A stretch of DNA of 64,000 nt from Candidatus Micrarchaeota archaeon. GTDB taxonomy: Archaea; Micrarchaeota; Micrarchaeia; Micrarchaeales; CABMGC01. Of the stretch, positions 1 to 7,553 are shown one piece after another (position 1 is the stretch's first letter; every line of letters starts with the position of its first letter). The translations under genes were made by a program, and so were the position numbers. Location of the stretch: NCBI GenBank assembly GCA_021810455.1, contig JAJZIU010000001.1, forward strand, positions 4,613-68,612. The letters are read 5' to 3'. The notes under the pieces were generated by a model. It was not told the origin of the DNA. It made no database searches and was given only the letters and a program-made list of their open reading frames with translations.

Positions 1-193
1 AAAATGCGTGTATGTATTGTATCAAGTATCCCTCGGCCCACGTCATTGATGGAGGAAAAATCAAACCGAAAAGGAAACCTATTGCGGATATTTCAAATAA
101 TCCCATTCCGGTTTTTCTCAGTAGTGCCAATGAAAGAAAGAATCCTGGAAGTACTATTGATAATAGACCTATTATTATAGGAGCCAGAGACAT
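1..193 (-). CDS. Membrane protein, N-terminal fragment (gene runs off the left window edge)
   Basis: Manual minus-strand translation from ATG at 193-191 gives MSLAPIIIGLLSIVLPGFFLSLALLRKTGMGLFEISAIGFLFGLIFPPSMTWAEGYLIQYIHAF with no stop before position 1. An in-frame stop lies just upstream at 212-214. Two clear hydrophobic helices. Absent from the track because it is open-ended. Function unknown. Confidence 0.4.
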   Translation of the reverse strand, partial: MSLAPIIIGLLSIVLPGFFLSLALLRKTGMGLFEISAIGFLFGLIFPPSMTWAEGYLIQYIHAF

Positions 194-346
194 AAAACAC
201 CACAGAGTAGCTTATAATGGTTCAGATTATAACGTATGGTTGCACAAGCTTATTAAATCTTAGTAGGAGATTCATTTGCAAAGCTATCCGTATGCATTTT
301 ACAGAGAAGTGTTACACATTAAGAAGACAAAACTTCTGGTGAATCA

Positions 347-1450
347 TTGAAAAATAAAGTAGTGATTATAGGAGCAGGCACTGCTGGACTTATTGCTGCA
401 AAGCGTATCTCTAGATTTGGAATATCAACAATTGTTTATGACCAGAAAAAAGTACCCGGAACTCCAAACAGAGCGTCAGGTATACTTTCAATAAAAGGAC
501 TTGATGCTTTAGAAATAGGATATAAAAAAGCAGTAACAAACACACTGTATGGAGCAAGAATCCATACTGGGAAAGAAACTCTTGAGATAATTGCTAATAA
601 GCCAAAAGCTCACGTGCTTGACAGAAAAGTACTTAACGAAATATGCATGTATGAAGCAATTGACAATGGTGCAATTGTAAACACCGGAGTAAGAGCGGAT
701 CACGATATTGTTGGAGATTATGACATCTTAGTAGGTGCGGATGGAGCGGTGTCTTCAGTTGCAATGCATTTTAATATGGGTAGCATAAAGCGGTATGTAA
801 ATACTTACAAGGCAGAATTTGAAGTGAACGTTGATGATGCAAAAAGTGTGGATATAATTTTTAACAGCAGGATTGCAAATGGATTGTTTGGCTGGATGTG
901 TCCAAATTCAAAAGAGGTTTTGGAGGTAGGCATCGGAACTATAGGAGGAAATAGTAAACGTGCATTCGATATGTTTGTTAAAGACAAAAGGGTTTCGGAT
1001 GTTATAGGAAGAGGCAAGGTAATAGCAGAGGGAGCAAGCATGATACCCCTATCTTTAAGGGAAAAAATAGTAAACGGTGAAAAAAAAGTGATGCTCGTTG
1101 GAGACGCTGCAGGGCAGGTCAAGCCTTCCACAGGAGGGGGTATTATTTTTGGGGGAAACGCTGCGATTATTTTAGCAGATGTGATAAAGAAACATTTTGA
1201 ATCTGGAATGCCGTTGTATGAATATTCAAGAATTTACTCGAGTAGATATGGTTTGGATACAAGGATACACAACACAGTAAGTGCGATGTATTCTAAGTTA
1301 GATAAAGTAGGATTCAGTATGGCAATAAAAGTGGTAAAATTGCTTGGAATTGAAAAATTCCTTGCGAAATATGGTGACATGGATATGCCGAGTAATTCTA
1401 TAGGTATGTTGTTTTCAGAGGTATGGCCACATGGAAATAAAACATGGTGA
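347..1450 (+). CDS. Geranylgeranyl reductase family FAD-dependent oxidoreductase (archaeal lipid saturation)
   Basis: 367-aa ORF. N-terminal FAD Rossmann motif VVIIGAGTAGLIAAKR and C-terminal LVGDAAGQVKPSTGGGI are typical of geranylgeranyl reductases. TTG start preceded by GGTGA at 338-342. Confidence 0.8.
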   Translation: MKNKVVIIGAGTAGLIAAKRISRFGISTIVYDQKKVPGTPNRASGILSIKGLDALEIGYKKAVTNTLYGARIHTGKETLEIIANKPKAHVLDRKVLNEICMYEAIDNGAIVNTGVRADHDIVGDYDILVGADGAVSSVAMHFNMGSIKRYVNTYKAEFEVNVDDAKSVDIIFNSRIANGLFGWMCPNSKEVLEVGIGTIGGNSKRAFDMFVKDKRVSDVIGRGKVIAEGASMIPLSLREKIVNGEKKVMLVGDAAGQVKPSTGGGIIFGGNAAIILADVIKKHFESGMPLYEYSRIYSSRYGLDTRIHNTVSAMYSKLDKVGFSMAIKVVKLLGIEKFLAKYGDMDMPSNSIGMLFSEVWPHGNKTW

Positions 1451-1709
1451 AAATAGGTTTTATTTAGAAACACCACACGGAGATGCGGAGTTGCTTTATA
1501 AGATGGAGGAAAAGGTAATGGTTATGTATCACACATTTGTTCCAGAAGAGGAAAGAGGCAAGGGACTTGCAGAGGTTTTGACAAGAGAGGCTTTTACATT
1601 TGCAATAAAAAACGGATTCCTAGTAAAACCAGCTTGCACTTACGTACTTCATTTTGTAAAGACTCATGAAGAATTTAGGAAACATTCCACTTTCACAAAT
1701 TTTGAATAG
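1431..1709 (+). CDS. Small single-domain GNAT-like N-acetyltransferase (YjdJ / Acetyltransf_CG type)
   Basis: 92-aa ORF overlapping the upstream gene by 20 nt. HTFVPEEERGKGLAEVLTREAF...KPACTYV matches the short GCN5-related acetyltransferase pattern (HT-V-P..RG-G......P-C-y). Confidence 0.65.
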   Translation: MEIKHGENRFYLETPHGDAELLYKMEEKVMVMYHTFVPEEERGKGLAEVLTREAFTFAIKNGFLVKPACTYVLHFVKTHEEFRKHSTFTNFE

Positions 1710-1750
1710 GTTTTAATCTGCACTTTAAAAAAATACTCGGTTTTTGGGAT

Positions 1751-3028
1751 TTGTTTTGGTTAAGCGTAGGGGGAATGGTAGGCGTAGCCATACTTACTTT
1801 TGCATCATCAACTTATCAGTATGCAGGTTCATCGTCTATTTTTTCATGGATATTGGCAGGTGTGTTTTCCATATTTATGGCACTGATTTATGCCGAAATG
1901 GTAACTGCTTTTCCAAGCTCGGGTGCTATAGTAACATTTCCTTACGAAGCGTTTGGGAAAAATCGCATTTCTAGATATTTGGCATTTCTTGAAGGAACAG
2001 GATATTACATAGGAACTCTTTTTGGAATAGTGATATCTGCAATAATACTAGGTAGTTACATAAGTCCGGTTTTTGCAACTGGAACATTTGGTTCATTTGT
2101 GATAGCAGAAGTTTCTTTGATATTCGCAGGTGTAATAAACCTCCTTGGAGCTAAGATAACAAGCAGGGTGAATCTTCTTATGAGCCTTGTTTTCATGGTT
2201 ATTTTTGCTTTGGTCATAATTCTTGGTTTCCACAACGGAAGCATAATGAATATGGTACCGTTCTTCGGAGGTAGTTCAGGTATAAGCGGTATATTATACG
2301 CCGTACCGATAGCTATATTGGCATATGGCTCGTGGACTGCAGTGATAACAGTTCCCGAAGAAACAAAGGATATGAAAAGTATGCCTAAGGCAATAATATA
2401 CTCTTTGCTTGTTGTAACAGTGCTTTATTCGCTCTTAGTGATGGCAACGTACATGAACCTTAACCAAAAACAACTGGAAAATACTTTTTATTACTACCCT
2501 GTACTGGGTCTTGTAACACTATTGGGTAATCACTTTCTGTTATTAGCTTTTCAGTTCGCAGCATTGCTTGCCATAGTAGCCGTAATGATTGTTATGATAA
2601 TGTCTAATGCGAGGATCCTGATGGCTCTTGGAAAACTGAAATTCGTTCCTAAAAATGTTGGTGTACTTAACAACAAGTCCATACCGGTATATGCAACATT
2701 ATTGTCTTTGTTCATACCGATGGTGCTTTCAGCGCTTCCATCATACTATTATCAGTATGTTATAATAGGTGCAATAATAGGTACAGGATTGCCACGCGTA
2801 ATAGACATAGCATCTTATATAAAACTAAGAAGAAGTCAGGGATACAGCCCGAGATACAGAGTCAAGTATGGGATGTTAGTTGCATTGATCGCATTTTTCG
2901 GACTTGCAATATCAGAATTATCATTGGGTATAAACGACCTTGAGTGGTCGTTAGTTGCATTAGCAGTGATGACACTTGTGTTTCTGATTATAGAAAAATA
3001 TCATAAAAAGTCAACTTCAACAATCTGA
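1751..3028 (+). CDS. APC-superfamily amino acid/polyamine permease
   Basis: 425-aa ORF with about 11-12 hydrophobic helices. The TM1-like segment SVGGMVGVAILTF...YAG and the overall layout are typical of APC transporters. Only a TTG start is available. The open frame continues upstream (KKILGFWDL) to a stop at 1703-1705 without any ATG or GTG. Confidence 0.75.
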   Translation: MFWLSVGGMVGVAILTFASSTYQYAGSSSIFSWILAGVFSIFMALIYAEMVTAFPSSGAIVTFPYEAFGKNRISRYLAFLEGTGYYIGTLFGIVISAIILGSYISPVFATGTFGSFVIAEVSLIFAGVINLLGAKITSRVNLLMSLVFMVIFALVIILGFHNGSIMNMVPFFGGSSGISGILYAVPIAILAYGSWTAVITVPEETKDMKSMPKAIIYSLLVVTVLYSLLVMATYMNLNQKQLENTFYYYPVLGLVTLLGNHFLLLAFQFAALLAIVAVMIVMIMSNARILMALGKLKFVPKNVGVLNNKSIPVYATLLSLFIPMVLSALPSYYYQYVIIGAIIGTGLPRVIDIASYIKLRRSQGYSPRYRVKYGMLVALIAFFGLAISELSLGINDLEWSLVALAVMTLVFLIIEKYHKKSTSTI

Positions 3029-3387
3029 CCATCGGTTAAATGCAGTGAGTCTCTAAGACAAATACCAGAGATGAGTTCTATCTCTTCCTTATGCGATGAT
3101 CTGTTAGGCATAAGTGCAGCACATTTGTTCCCATAAAATGATACTTTGTATGAAAGTACATCACCTAGAATCTTGCCGTTATGCTCGAAACCGTTTATGG
3201 CTATTGATTTTGAATCGTCAATGTTATTTAGTTTTTTTATTTCCGAACTATTTAATTTTATGTTCAGTGTGCCAGGATACGGAGTTATGCCAAGTTTATC
3301 TTTGAATTGAATCTTATAGCCATCTAACATAACATAGTAAGCACCCTCTTTATTTCCCGAAACAACTGTGCCTTTTATTTTTTGCAT
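3001..3387 (-). CDS. ribK: CTP-dependent riboflavin kinase (archaeal RibK, MJ0056 type)
   Basis: 128 aa. GTVVSGNKEGAYYV...LGITPYPGTLNIKL matches the archaeal beta-barrel riboflavin kinase signature. Size is right for the family (~130 aa). Confidence 0.75.
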   Translation of the reverse strand: MQKIKGTVVSGNKEGAYYVMLDGYKIQFKDKLGITPYPGTLNIKLNSSEIKKLNNIDDSKSIAINGFEHNGKILGDVLSYKVSFYGNKCAALMPNRSSHKEEIELISGICLRDSLHLTDGQIVEVDFL

Positions 3388-3405
3388 TTTATCACATTTC
3401 TATAT

Positions 3406-3491
3406 TGCGCCAGCCGGGATTTGAACCCGGGCAGCGAGCTTTTTCCGTTGAAATGGGAAGCTCGAATCCTACCAGGCTAGATTACTGGCGC
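3406..3491 (-). tRNA. tRNA-Gly(CCC) with a 13-nt intron at the canonical 37/38 site
   Basis: The minus-strand read folds by hand as GCGCCAG-TA-ATCT-AGCCTGGTA-GGAT-T-CGAGC-[TTCCCA|tttcaacggaaaa|A]-GCTCG-CTGC-CCGGG-TTCAAAT-CCCGG-CTGGCGC-A. All four stems pair. The T-arm and acceptor resemble archaeal tRNA-Gly. No encoded CCA. The 5' end lies 8 nt after the stop of the upstream ORF. Confidence 0.75.
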
Positions 3492-3499
3492 TTGTTCGT

Positions 3500-4009
3500 T
3501 TAAGATACGCCATCCTTTTTTAGAAGTTTCTTGCCGAGCTCCTCCCTATTTTGCATATCTTTGAGCACCTTATCGTAATCCTCTTTGTTTAATACTTTAC
3601 TTAGTATGTAATTTGAGTAAGTGACAGATATCTGGGTTATGTCTAATAGTATAGACTGCAGATCACTATGCTTTAACACGTACTCCTTTTCCGGTTTTAA
3701 TATTTCTACACCGGCAGGTATGAACGTGAATGCGAGATTTATTAATGATGCAAGATTTTTAGCAAGTATAGTTACCACAGCGTTTGTAGAATACAAATTG
3801 TCTACTTTTATTGGTTCATCTATGCTTCCAAAACAGTATACAACTCCGTTGCTTTTCAGCAATCTGTTATTTATTAGATCTGTCATCAACGGTTGCAGAT
3901 CATCTTTGTTTTCACTCTGCATATCAAAATACATTTTTGCAAGCAGACCGCCCTGCGAGATGGTTTTATCAGTGAGTTCTTCTACCTGAGATTTTGGCAT
4001 CTTATTCAC
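3500..4009 (-). CDS. Hypothetical protein
   Basis: 169-aa ORF overlapping the hisS 3' end by 8 nt (probably co-transcribed). Balanced composition. No family recognised by eye. Confidence 0.55.
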   Translation of the reverse strand: MNKMPKSQVEELTDKTISQGGLLAKMYFDMQSENKDDLQPLMTDLINNRLLKSNGVVYCFGSIDEPIKVDNLYSTNAVVTILAKNLASLINLAFTFIPAGVEILKPEKEYVLKHSDLQSILLDITQISVTYSNYILSKVLNKEDYDKVLKDMQNREELGKKLLKKDGVS

Positions 4010-5279
4010 CTTTTATAATACTTAAAGCTTCTTCGACAGTTGCCATTCTTTCCTCTCCACTATACATATTCCTTATCTTTACCATATTTTGTTCCATTTC
4101 CTGTTTGCCTATTATGATAGTGTAGGTCACACCTAGGCTGCTAGAGTGCTCTAATTGCTTAGAAAGATTTCTTTTTGTTACTTCGAAATCAACGTACACC
4201 CCAGATGCCCTTATCCTATTTGCTACAGTCATAGCGTACTTCATGTTTTCTTCGTTTATGTATGTCACATATACATCAGCATATGTTTTCTGTTTATCGC
4301 TTTGGTATAGTAGGTTGAATATTCTGCCGATGCCAAGAGACATACCAACAGCAGGAGTCTCCTTTTTAGAGTATATGCCTATGAGGTTATCGTATCTTCC
4401 CCCGCCGCCAAGAGATGGGAGTCTCTTTTCCCCTTCGTAAGCTACGAACTCACATACGGTGCTCGTGTAATAGTCAAGGCCTCTCGCAAGAGACAGATCA
4501 AGTTGTATGGTACCATTCAGATTGTATACAGACAGTAAATCTAGAATCTTGTTTATTCTGTCGAGTTCGGGTTTTGTATCAGGGATGTTTGTGTTCAGTT
4601 TTGATAAGATCTCTGCATTCGAAGATTTTTCGAGTATGAAGTTTATAATTTTCTCAGAATTTTGTTGGTCTATTTCATTTGACTTCATTTCTTCTATTAC
4701 ACCAGACACGCCTATTTTGTCAAGCTTGTCTATCGACCTTATTGCCTTTTGATGTTTTTCTCCAGGTATCTTGAAAAATGCGAGCAAGGCATCGAGTAGT
4801 ATCCTGCTGTTTATTCTTATTACATATTGTACCAGGCCCAATTTTTCAATAGCCATAGCCGCGGTGGCTATGACTTCTGCATCACTTATCGGCTCGTTGC
4901 TGCCTATTATATCGACATCCGCCTGCATGAACTCACGATACCTAAGTCTTTGTGGTTCATCTTTTCTCCAAGCATTTCCTATGTAATAGCGTTTGAATGG
5001 TAGGCGAATATCCTTGTTCATAGATACATATCTTGCTAGAGGAACGGTAAAATCATATCTCAAACCTTCTTCTCCGCCTTCGATTACGTAGAGTTCTTTT
5101 GTAGATTCTTCACCGTACGCTTTTGCGCTTAAGGTTTCCATATTTTCTATGCTTGGAGTCTCTATCGGATAAAATCCGAAACGCTTGAAGATGTCTTCAG
5201 TGGTGGCGATAAGACTCTTTAAGAAAATCGTCTCGCTAGGGCCATAGTCTCTAGTTCCTCGAGGCGTTGCTATTGTCAT
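4002..5279 (-). CDS. hisS: Histidyl-tRNA synthetase
   Basis: 425 aa. N-terminal PRGTRDY, a class II motif 2-like WRKDEPQRLRYREFMQADVD, and GGGGRYDNLI near motif 3. Confidence 0.92.
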   Translation of the reverse strand: MTIATPRGTRDYGPSETIFLKSLIATTEDIFKRFGFYPIETPSIENMETLSAKAYGEESTKELYVIEGGEEGLRYDFTVPLARYVSMNKDIRLPFKRYYIGNAWRKDEPQRLRYREFMQADVDIIGSNEPISDAEVIATAAMAIEKLGLVQYVIRINSRILLDALLAFFKIPGEKHQKAIRSIDKLDKIGVSGVIEEMKSNEIDQQNSEKIINFILEKSSNAEILSKLNTNIPDTKPELDRINKILDLLSVYNLNGTIQLDLSLARGLDYYTSTVCEFVAYEGEKRLPSLGGGGRYDNLIGIYSKKETPAVGMSLGIGRIFNLLYQSDKQKTYADVYVTYINEENMKYAMTVANRIRASGVYVDFEVTKRNLSKQLEHSSSLGVTYTIIIGKQEMEQNMVKIRNMYSGEERMATVEEALSIIKGE

Positions 5280-5288
5280 TTAACCAGA

Positions 5289-5603
5289 TTACAGATTTTG
5301 GTTAAGCCACTTCTTAAAGCTCTCTTTTGGAACTGCGCCTACGGAAGTTGCCCTAACCTTGCCGTGATCAAAAAGGAGAGCGGTAGGTATGCTCATTATG
5401 TTGTATTTTGATGCGGTTTGAGGATTGTCATCAGTGTTCATCTTCGCGAATTTGGCTTTTCCTTCCAGTTCCTTTGAAACTTCATCCACTATAGGACTGA
5501 ATATTCTGCATGGACCACACCATGGGGCCCAGAAGTCGACCACGACAGGTACCTTGGAGTTTATTACTTCCTGTTCAAAGTTTGAGTCTGTGAGTTCCAT
5601 CAT
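5289..5603 (-). CDS. trxA: Thioredoxin
   Basis: WCGPC active site inside a thioredoxin-length fold (VVVDFWAPWCGPCRIFSPIV...). The track ORF extends to 5651. MMELTDSNF (5603/5600) gives the usual ~104-aa length. Confidence 0.9.
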   Translation of the reverse strand: MMELTDSNFEQEVINSKVPVVVDFWAPWCGPCRIFSPIVDEVSKELEGKAKFAKMNTDDNPQTASKYNIMSIPTALLFDHGKVRATSVGAVPKESFKKWLNQNL

Positions 5604-5660
5604 ATAAATCACAGAGTAATTTAAAGCGTCCAGTTTTAATAACTTTTCCACAAGTCGATA

Positions 5661-5674
5661 AAGATTTATATAAT
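5661..5674 (+). promoter_or_regulatory. BRE/TATA-like promoter element (AAAGATTTATATAA)
   Basis: Purine-rich BRE-like AAAG followed by TTTATATA. The same (A)GATTTA(A/T)ATA core recurs at 20766-20780 (tuf) and 40351-40360 (acidic mini-ORF). The predicted TSS ~22-27 nt downstream coincides with box C of the candidate sRNA. Confidence 0.45.
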
Positions 5675-5694
5675 TGCATTGAGATTCCTTATGA

Positions 5695-5745
5695 GTGATG
5701 AGACATTGCCTCTGACTTGCGTATGATGAGGATCTTTAGTACTGA
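5695..5745 (+). ncRNA. Candidate C/D box guide sRNA (in the leader of the histone-fold gene)
   Basis: C GTGATGA 5695-5701; 10-nt spacer gacattgcct; D' CTGA 5712-5715; 7 nt; C' ATGATGA 5723-5729; 12-nt spacer ggatctttagta; D CTGA 5742-5745. Box order is complete and spacing near-canonical. Only ~2 bp of terminal stem. No target could be checked because no rRNA is in the window. Confidence 0.55.
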
Positions 5746-5749
5746 TTCG

Positions 5750-5971
5750 ATGGCCAGAATACCCAGTTCTTATATAAAAAAGATGCTCAGGGAAAGTTTT
5801 GGAGTTAATATAACAGAGGAAGGTGCAGAGGAAGTTGCAAAAATTCTCGAGGATAAAGCCAGGGAGATTTCAGAATATGCAGTTTTCAATGCTAAGAAGG
5901 AAAGTAGACTGAAAGTAACACGTGAAGATATTCTGGATTACATAATAAAGGGTTCTGATGGAAACTCTTGA
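5750..5971 (+). CDS. Archaeal histone-fold protein (HMf/NF-YB-like)
   Basis: MARIPSSYIKKMLRESFGVNITEEGAEEVAKILEDKAREISEYAVFNAKKESRLKVTREDILDYI follows the helix-strand-helix pattern of archaeal histones (MA.lP.a.i.ri....g..ris.eA...la..le......A...A...gRKTv...Di). The track start at 5717 (TTG) would translate through the candidate sRNA boxes, so ATG 5750 is preferred. Confidence 0.65.
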   Translation: MARIPSSYIKKMLRESFGVNITEEGAEEVAKILEDKAREISEYAVFNAKKESRLKVTREDILDYIIKGSDGNS

Positions 5972-6527
5972 AGTATATAAGTGTGGTGTAAGATACAAAA
6001 CAGCATTGCATAAACATGCAGATAAGGATGAATACTATTTTTGCACGTGTGAAAAAACCGCAAAAGGTATACTCATTACTGAATTTGATGAAAAAGGAGA
6101 GCCGATAAATCAAGTGTATACAAAATATGGAGATCCGGAGTCTATTTTGAAAAGATATGTTTTATCTTATTGCACCGTACATAGTATTTTGGTCAAGGAA
6201 ACTCCGAGTTGCGAAAAAGTAAGATTGAAAGTTTTATGTACAAATTGCAACAGAAACGAGGTTTACAGGGAACTTGATCTGGTAGATATAAGCCTGGTGG
6301 GGGAAATCCCTGTAGTACCAATTTTTAGATGTGGATCTTGTGGTAAAAGGTATTATTCACTTAGTGATACGTATCTTAAAAAACTTGTTGATGAGAATAG
6401 AGGCCTATTTGAAAATGATGAAATAAAAATGAGGGAAGATAACGAAAAACTTTTCATAAATACGTTAAATGACAATATAATAAGAATCTTCGCTTCCAAG
6501 AAGATTAGCAGAATCAGTGTGAAGTGA
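5958..6527 (+). CDS. Hypothetical protein with zinc-ribbon-like Cys pairs
   Basis: 189-aa ORF overlapping the histone gene by 14 nt. CTNCNRNE...RCGSCGKRY suggests a C4 zinc ribbon. No family recognised. Confidence 0.5.
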   Translation: METLEVYKCGVRYKTALHKHADKDEYYFCTCEKTAKGILITEFDEKGEPINQVYTKYGDPESILKRYVLSYCTVHSILVKETPSCEKVRLKVLCTNCNRNEVYRELDLVDISLVGEIPVVPIFRCGSCGKRYYSLSDTYLKKLVDENRGLFENDEIKMREDNEKLFINTLNDNIIRIFASKKISRISVK

Positions 6528-6537
6528 TTTTTTGGTA

Positions 6538-6777
6538 ATGAGCATATCAGAATTGTATGGTAAGACGATAATATCAAATGATGGAAAGATACTCGGCAAA
6601 GTAAAAGGAGTTATGTTGAATCTGGAAGAAGGCGAAGTATCGCACCTCTTAGTTACTGACATGGAACAGCTAATGAGAAGCAACAACCCTCGGAAAGATA
6701 TTCAAAAAAATAGTGTCGCTTACAGTAGGGTTAGAAAAGTTTCTGAAACCATTGTAGTCGGAATTGGTACGGAATGA
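6538..6777 (+). CDS. PRC-barrel domain protein
   Basis: MSISELYGKTIISNDGKILGKVKGVMLNLEEGEVSHLLV matches the PRC-barrel pattern (l.Gk.V....G..lG.v.dv..d...g.v..lvv). ATG at 6538 preferred over the track's TTG at 6532. Confidence 0.6.
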   Translation: MSISELYGKTIISNDGKILGKVKGVMLNLEEGEVSHLLVTDMEQLMRSNNPRKDIQKNSVAYSRVRKVSETIVVGIGTE

Positions 6778-6912
6778 TTACTTTGTAGATACCTCTTTAG
6801 CAAGTGAGGATCTTTTTTTTGCAAGTACACGATATCCGCAGTAAGGACATCTTGTTGAATTCTTTTCCGGAACCTTTATCTCCTTTTTACAATGTGCACA
6901 CATGTAGCCCAT
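6778..6912 (-). CDS. rpoP: DNA-directed RNA polymerase subunit P (Rpo12/RpoP); not in the ORF track (<60 aa)
   Basis: Manual translation gives MGYMCAHCKKEIKVPEKNSTRCPYCGYRVLAKKRSSLAKEVSTK (44 aa). The CxxC...RCPYCGYRvL zinc ribbon is the RpoP signature. It sits at the distal end of the exosome superoperon, where rpoP is classically found. Confidence 0.75.
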   Translation of the reverse strand: MGYMCAHCKKEIKVPEKNSTRCPYCGYRVLAKKRSSLAKEVSTK

Positions 6913-6916
6913 ATTA

Positions 6917-7288
6917 TCACTTCTTCAATGTAGTTTTTAACCATTTTGCAAACTCCTTATGAAGTGCAGAGTTGCTTGTGTCGATTACCCTTATGTTCAT
7001 AGTAGCTTTGTACTGTTCATCATTAAGAGTAAGTATGGGATTGTATTTATCCTCCTTGGCAAAATGTACTTCGAGCCAGTGGATCTTCCCTCTGAGATAA
7101 TCTTTTACTATGTCATCAGTCATTGGAAGTGATGAAAAACTAAACAGTATACCGTTGCACCAATAAAGAGGCATTGTTCCTGCAGGCGTAACACGTTCTC
7201 TAAGCAGATCATCCTTGTCCATAGAAACAGCTTCATGAACAACAAGTTCTTCCGCAGGAGAATACGTTATTCTTACCATTTTAAACAC
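6917..7288 (-). CDS. Hypothetical protein inserted between L37Ae and rpoP
   Basis: 123-aa ORF, same strand and tightly packed within the superoperon. No family recognised by eye, and it does not look like the Brix/Imp4 protein usually found nearby. Confidence 0.5.
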   Translation of the reverse strand: MFKMVRITYSPAEELVVHEAVSMDKDDLLRERVTPAGTMPLYWCNGILFSFSSLPMTDDIVKDYLRGKIHWLEVHFAKEDKYNPILTLNDEQYKATMNIRVIDTSNSALHKEFAKWLKTTLKK

Positions 7289-7319
7289 TTAGATAGTATG
7301 AGTATAGCATATTATTATA

Positions 7320-7553
7320 TTATGCTCTTCCGCCAAGTATCCTCGCTACGCTCTCTCCGGCAGAAGTTTTGAGCGAGTACGCACCACCGGCAAATGTTGC
7401 GTTGCAATATTTGCAGTGCCATATTCCAGTGCTAACCCTTCTTACAGAATTCTTTCCGCAAAGATCACACTTGTACTTTGTGTTCTTCTGCGCTATTATT
7501 GTACGTTCCCTTTTGCGAAGATTAACTCCATACCTTATACTCTTGTTTGCCAA
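7320..7553 (-). CDS. rpl37ae: Ribosomal protein eL43 (L37Ae)
   Basis: 77 aa. RYGVNLRKR...YKCDLCGK..VRRVSTGIWHCKYCNATFAGGAY is the eL43 zinc-ribbon signature. Confidence 0.92.
   Translation of the reverse strand: MANKSIRYGVNLRKRERTIIAQKNTKYKCDLCGKNSVRRVSTGIWHCKYCNATFAGGAYSLKTSAGESVARILGGRA

Noticed and set aside
12-263. Track ORF of 83 aa on the plus strand at the left edge
   Set aside because: Its composition is odd and it has no motif. The opposite strand encodes a convincing hydrophobic membrane-protein N-terminus starting at 193 and running off the window, so the plus ORF is most likely a shadow frame.
1744-1974. 76-aa plus-strand ORF in an alternative frame at the start of the permease gene
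   Set aside because: It overlaps the permease frame, which carries the transporter-like TM1/TM2 sequence. The alternative frame is Arg/Cys-rich with no motif.
2965-3028. GTGATGA ... CTGA ... CTGA at the 3' end of the permease gene (possible second C/D sRNA)
   Set aside because: There is no C'-like box, and the D'-to-D distance (38 nt) is too long for the 12-nt guide geometry. The terminal CTGA is simply the CDS stop context. It probably arose by chance within coding sequence.
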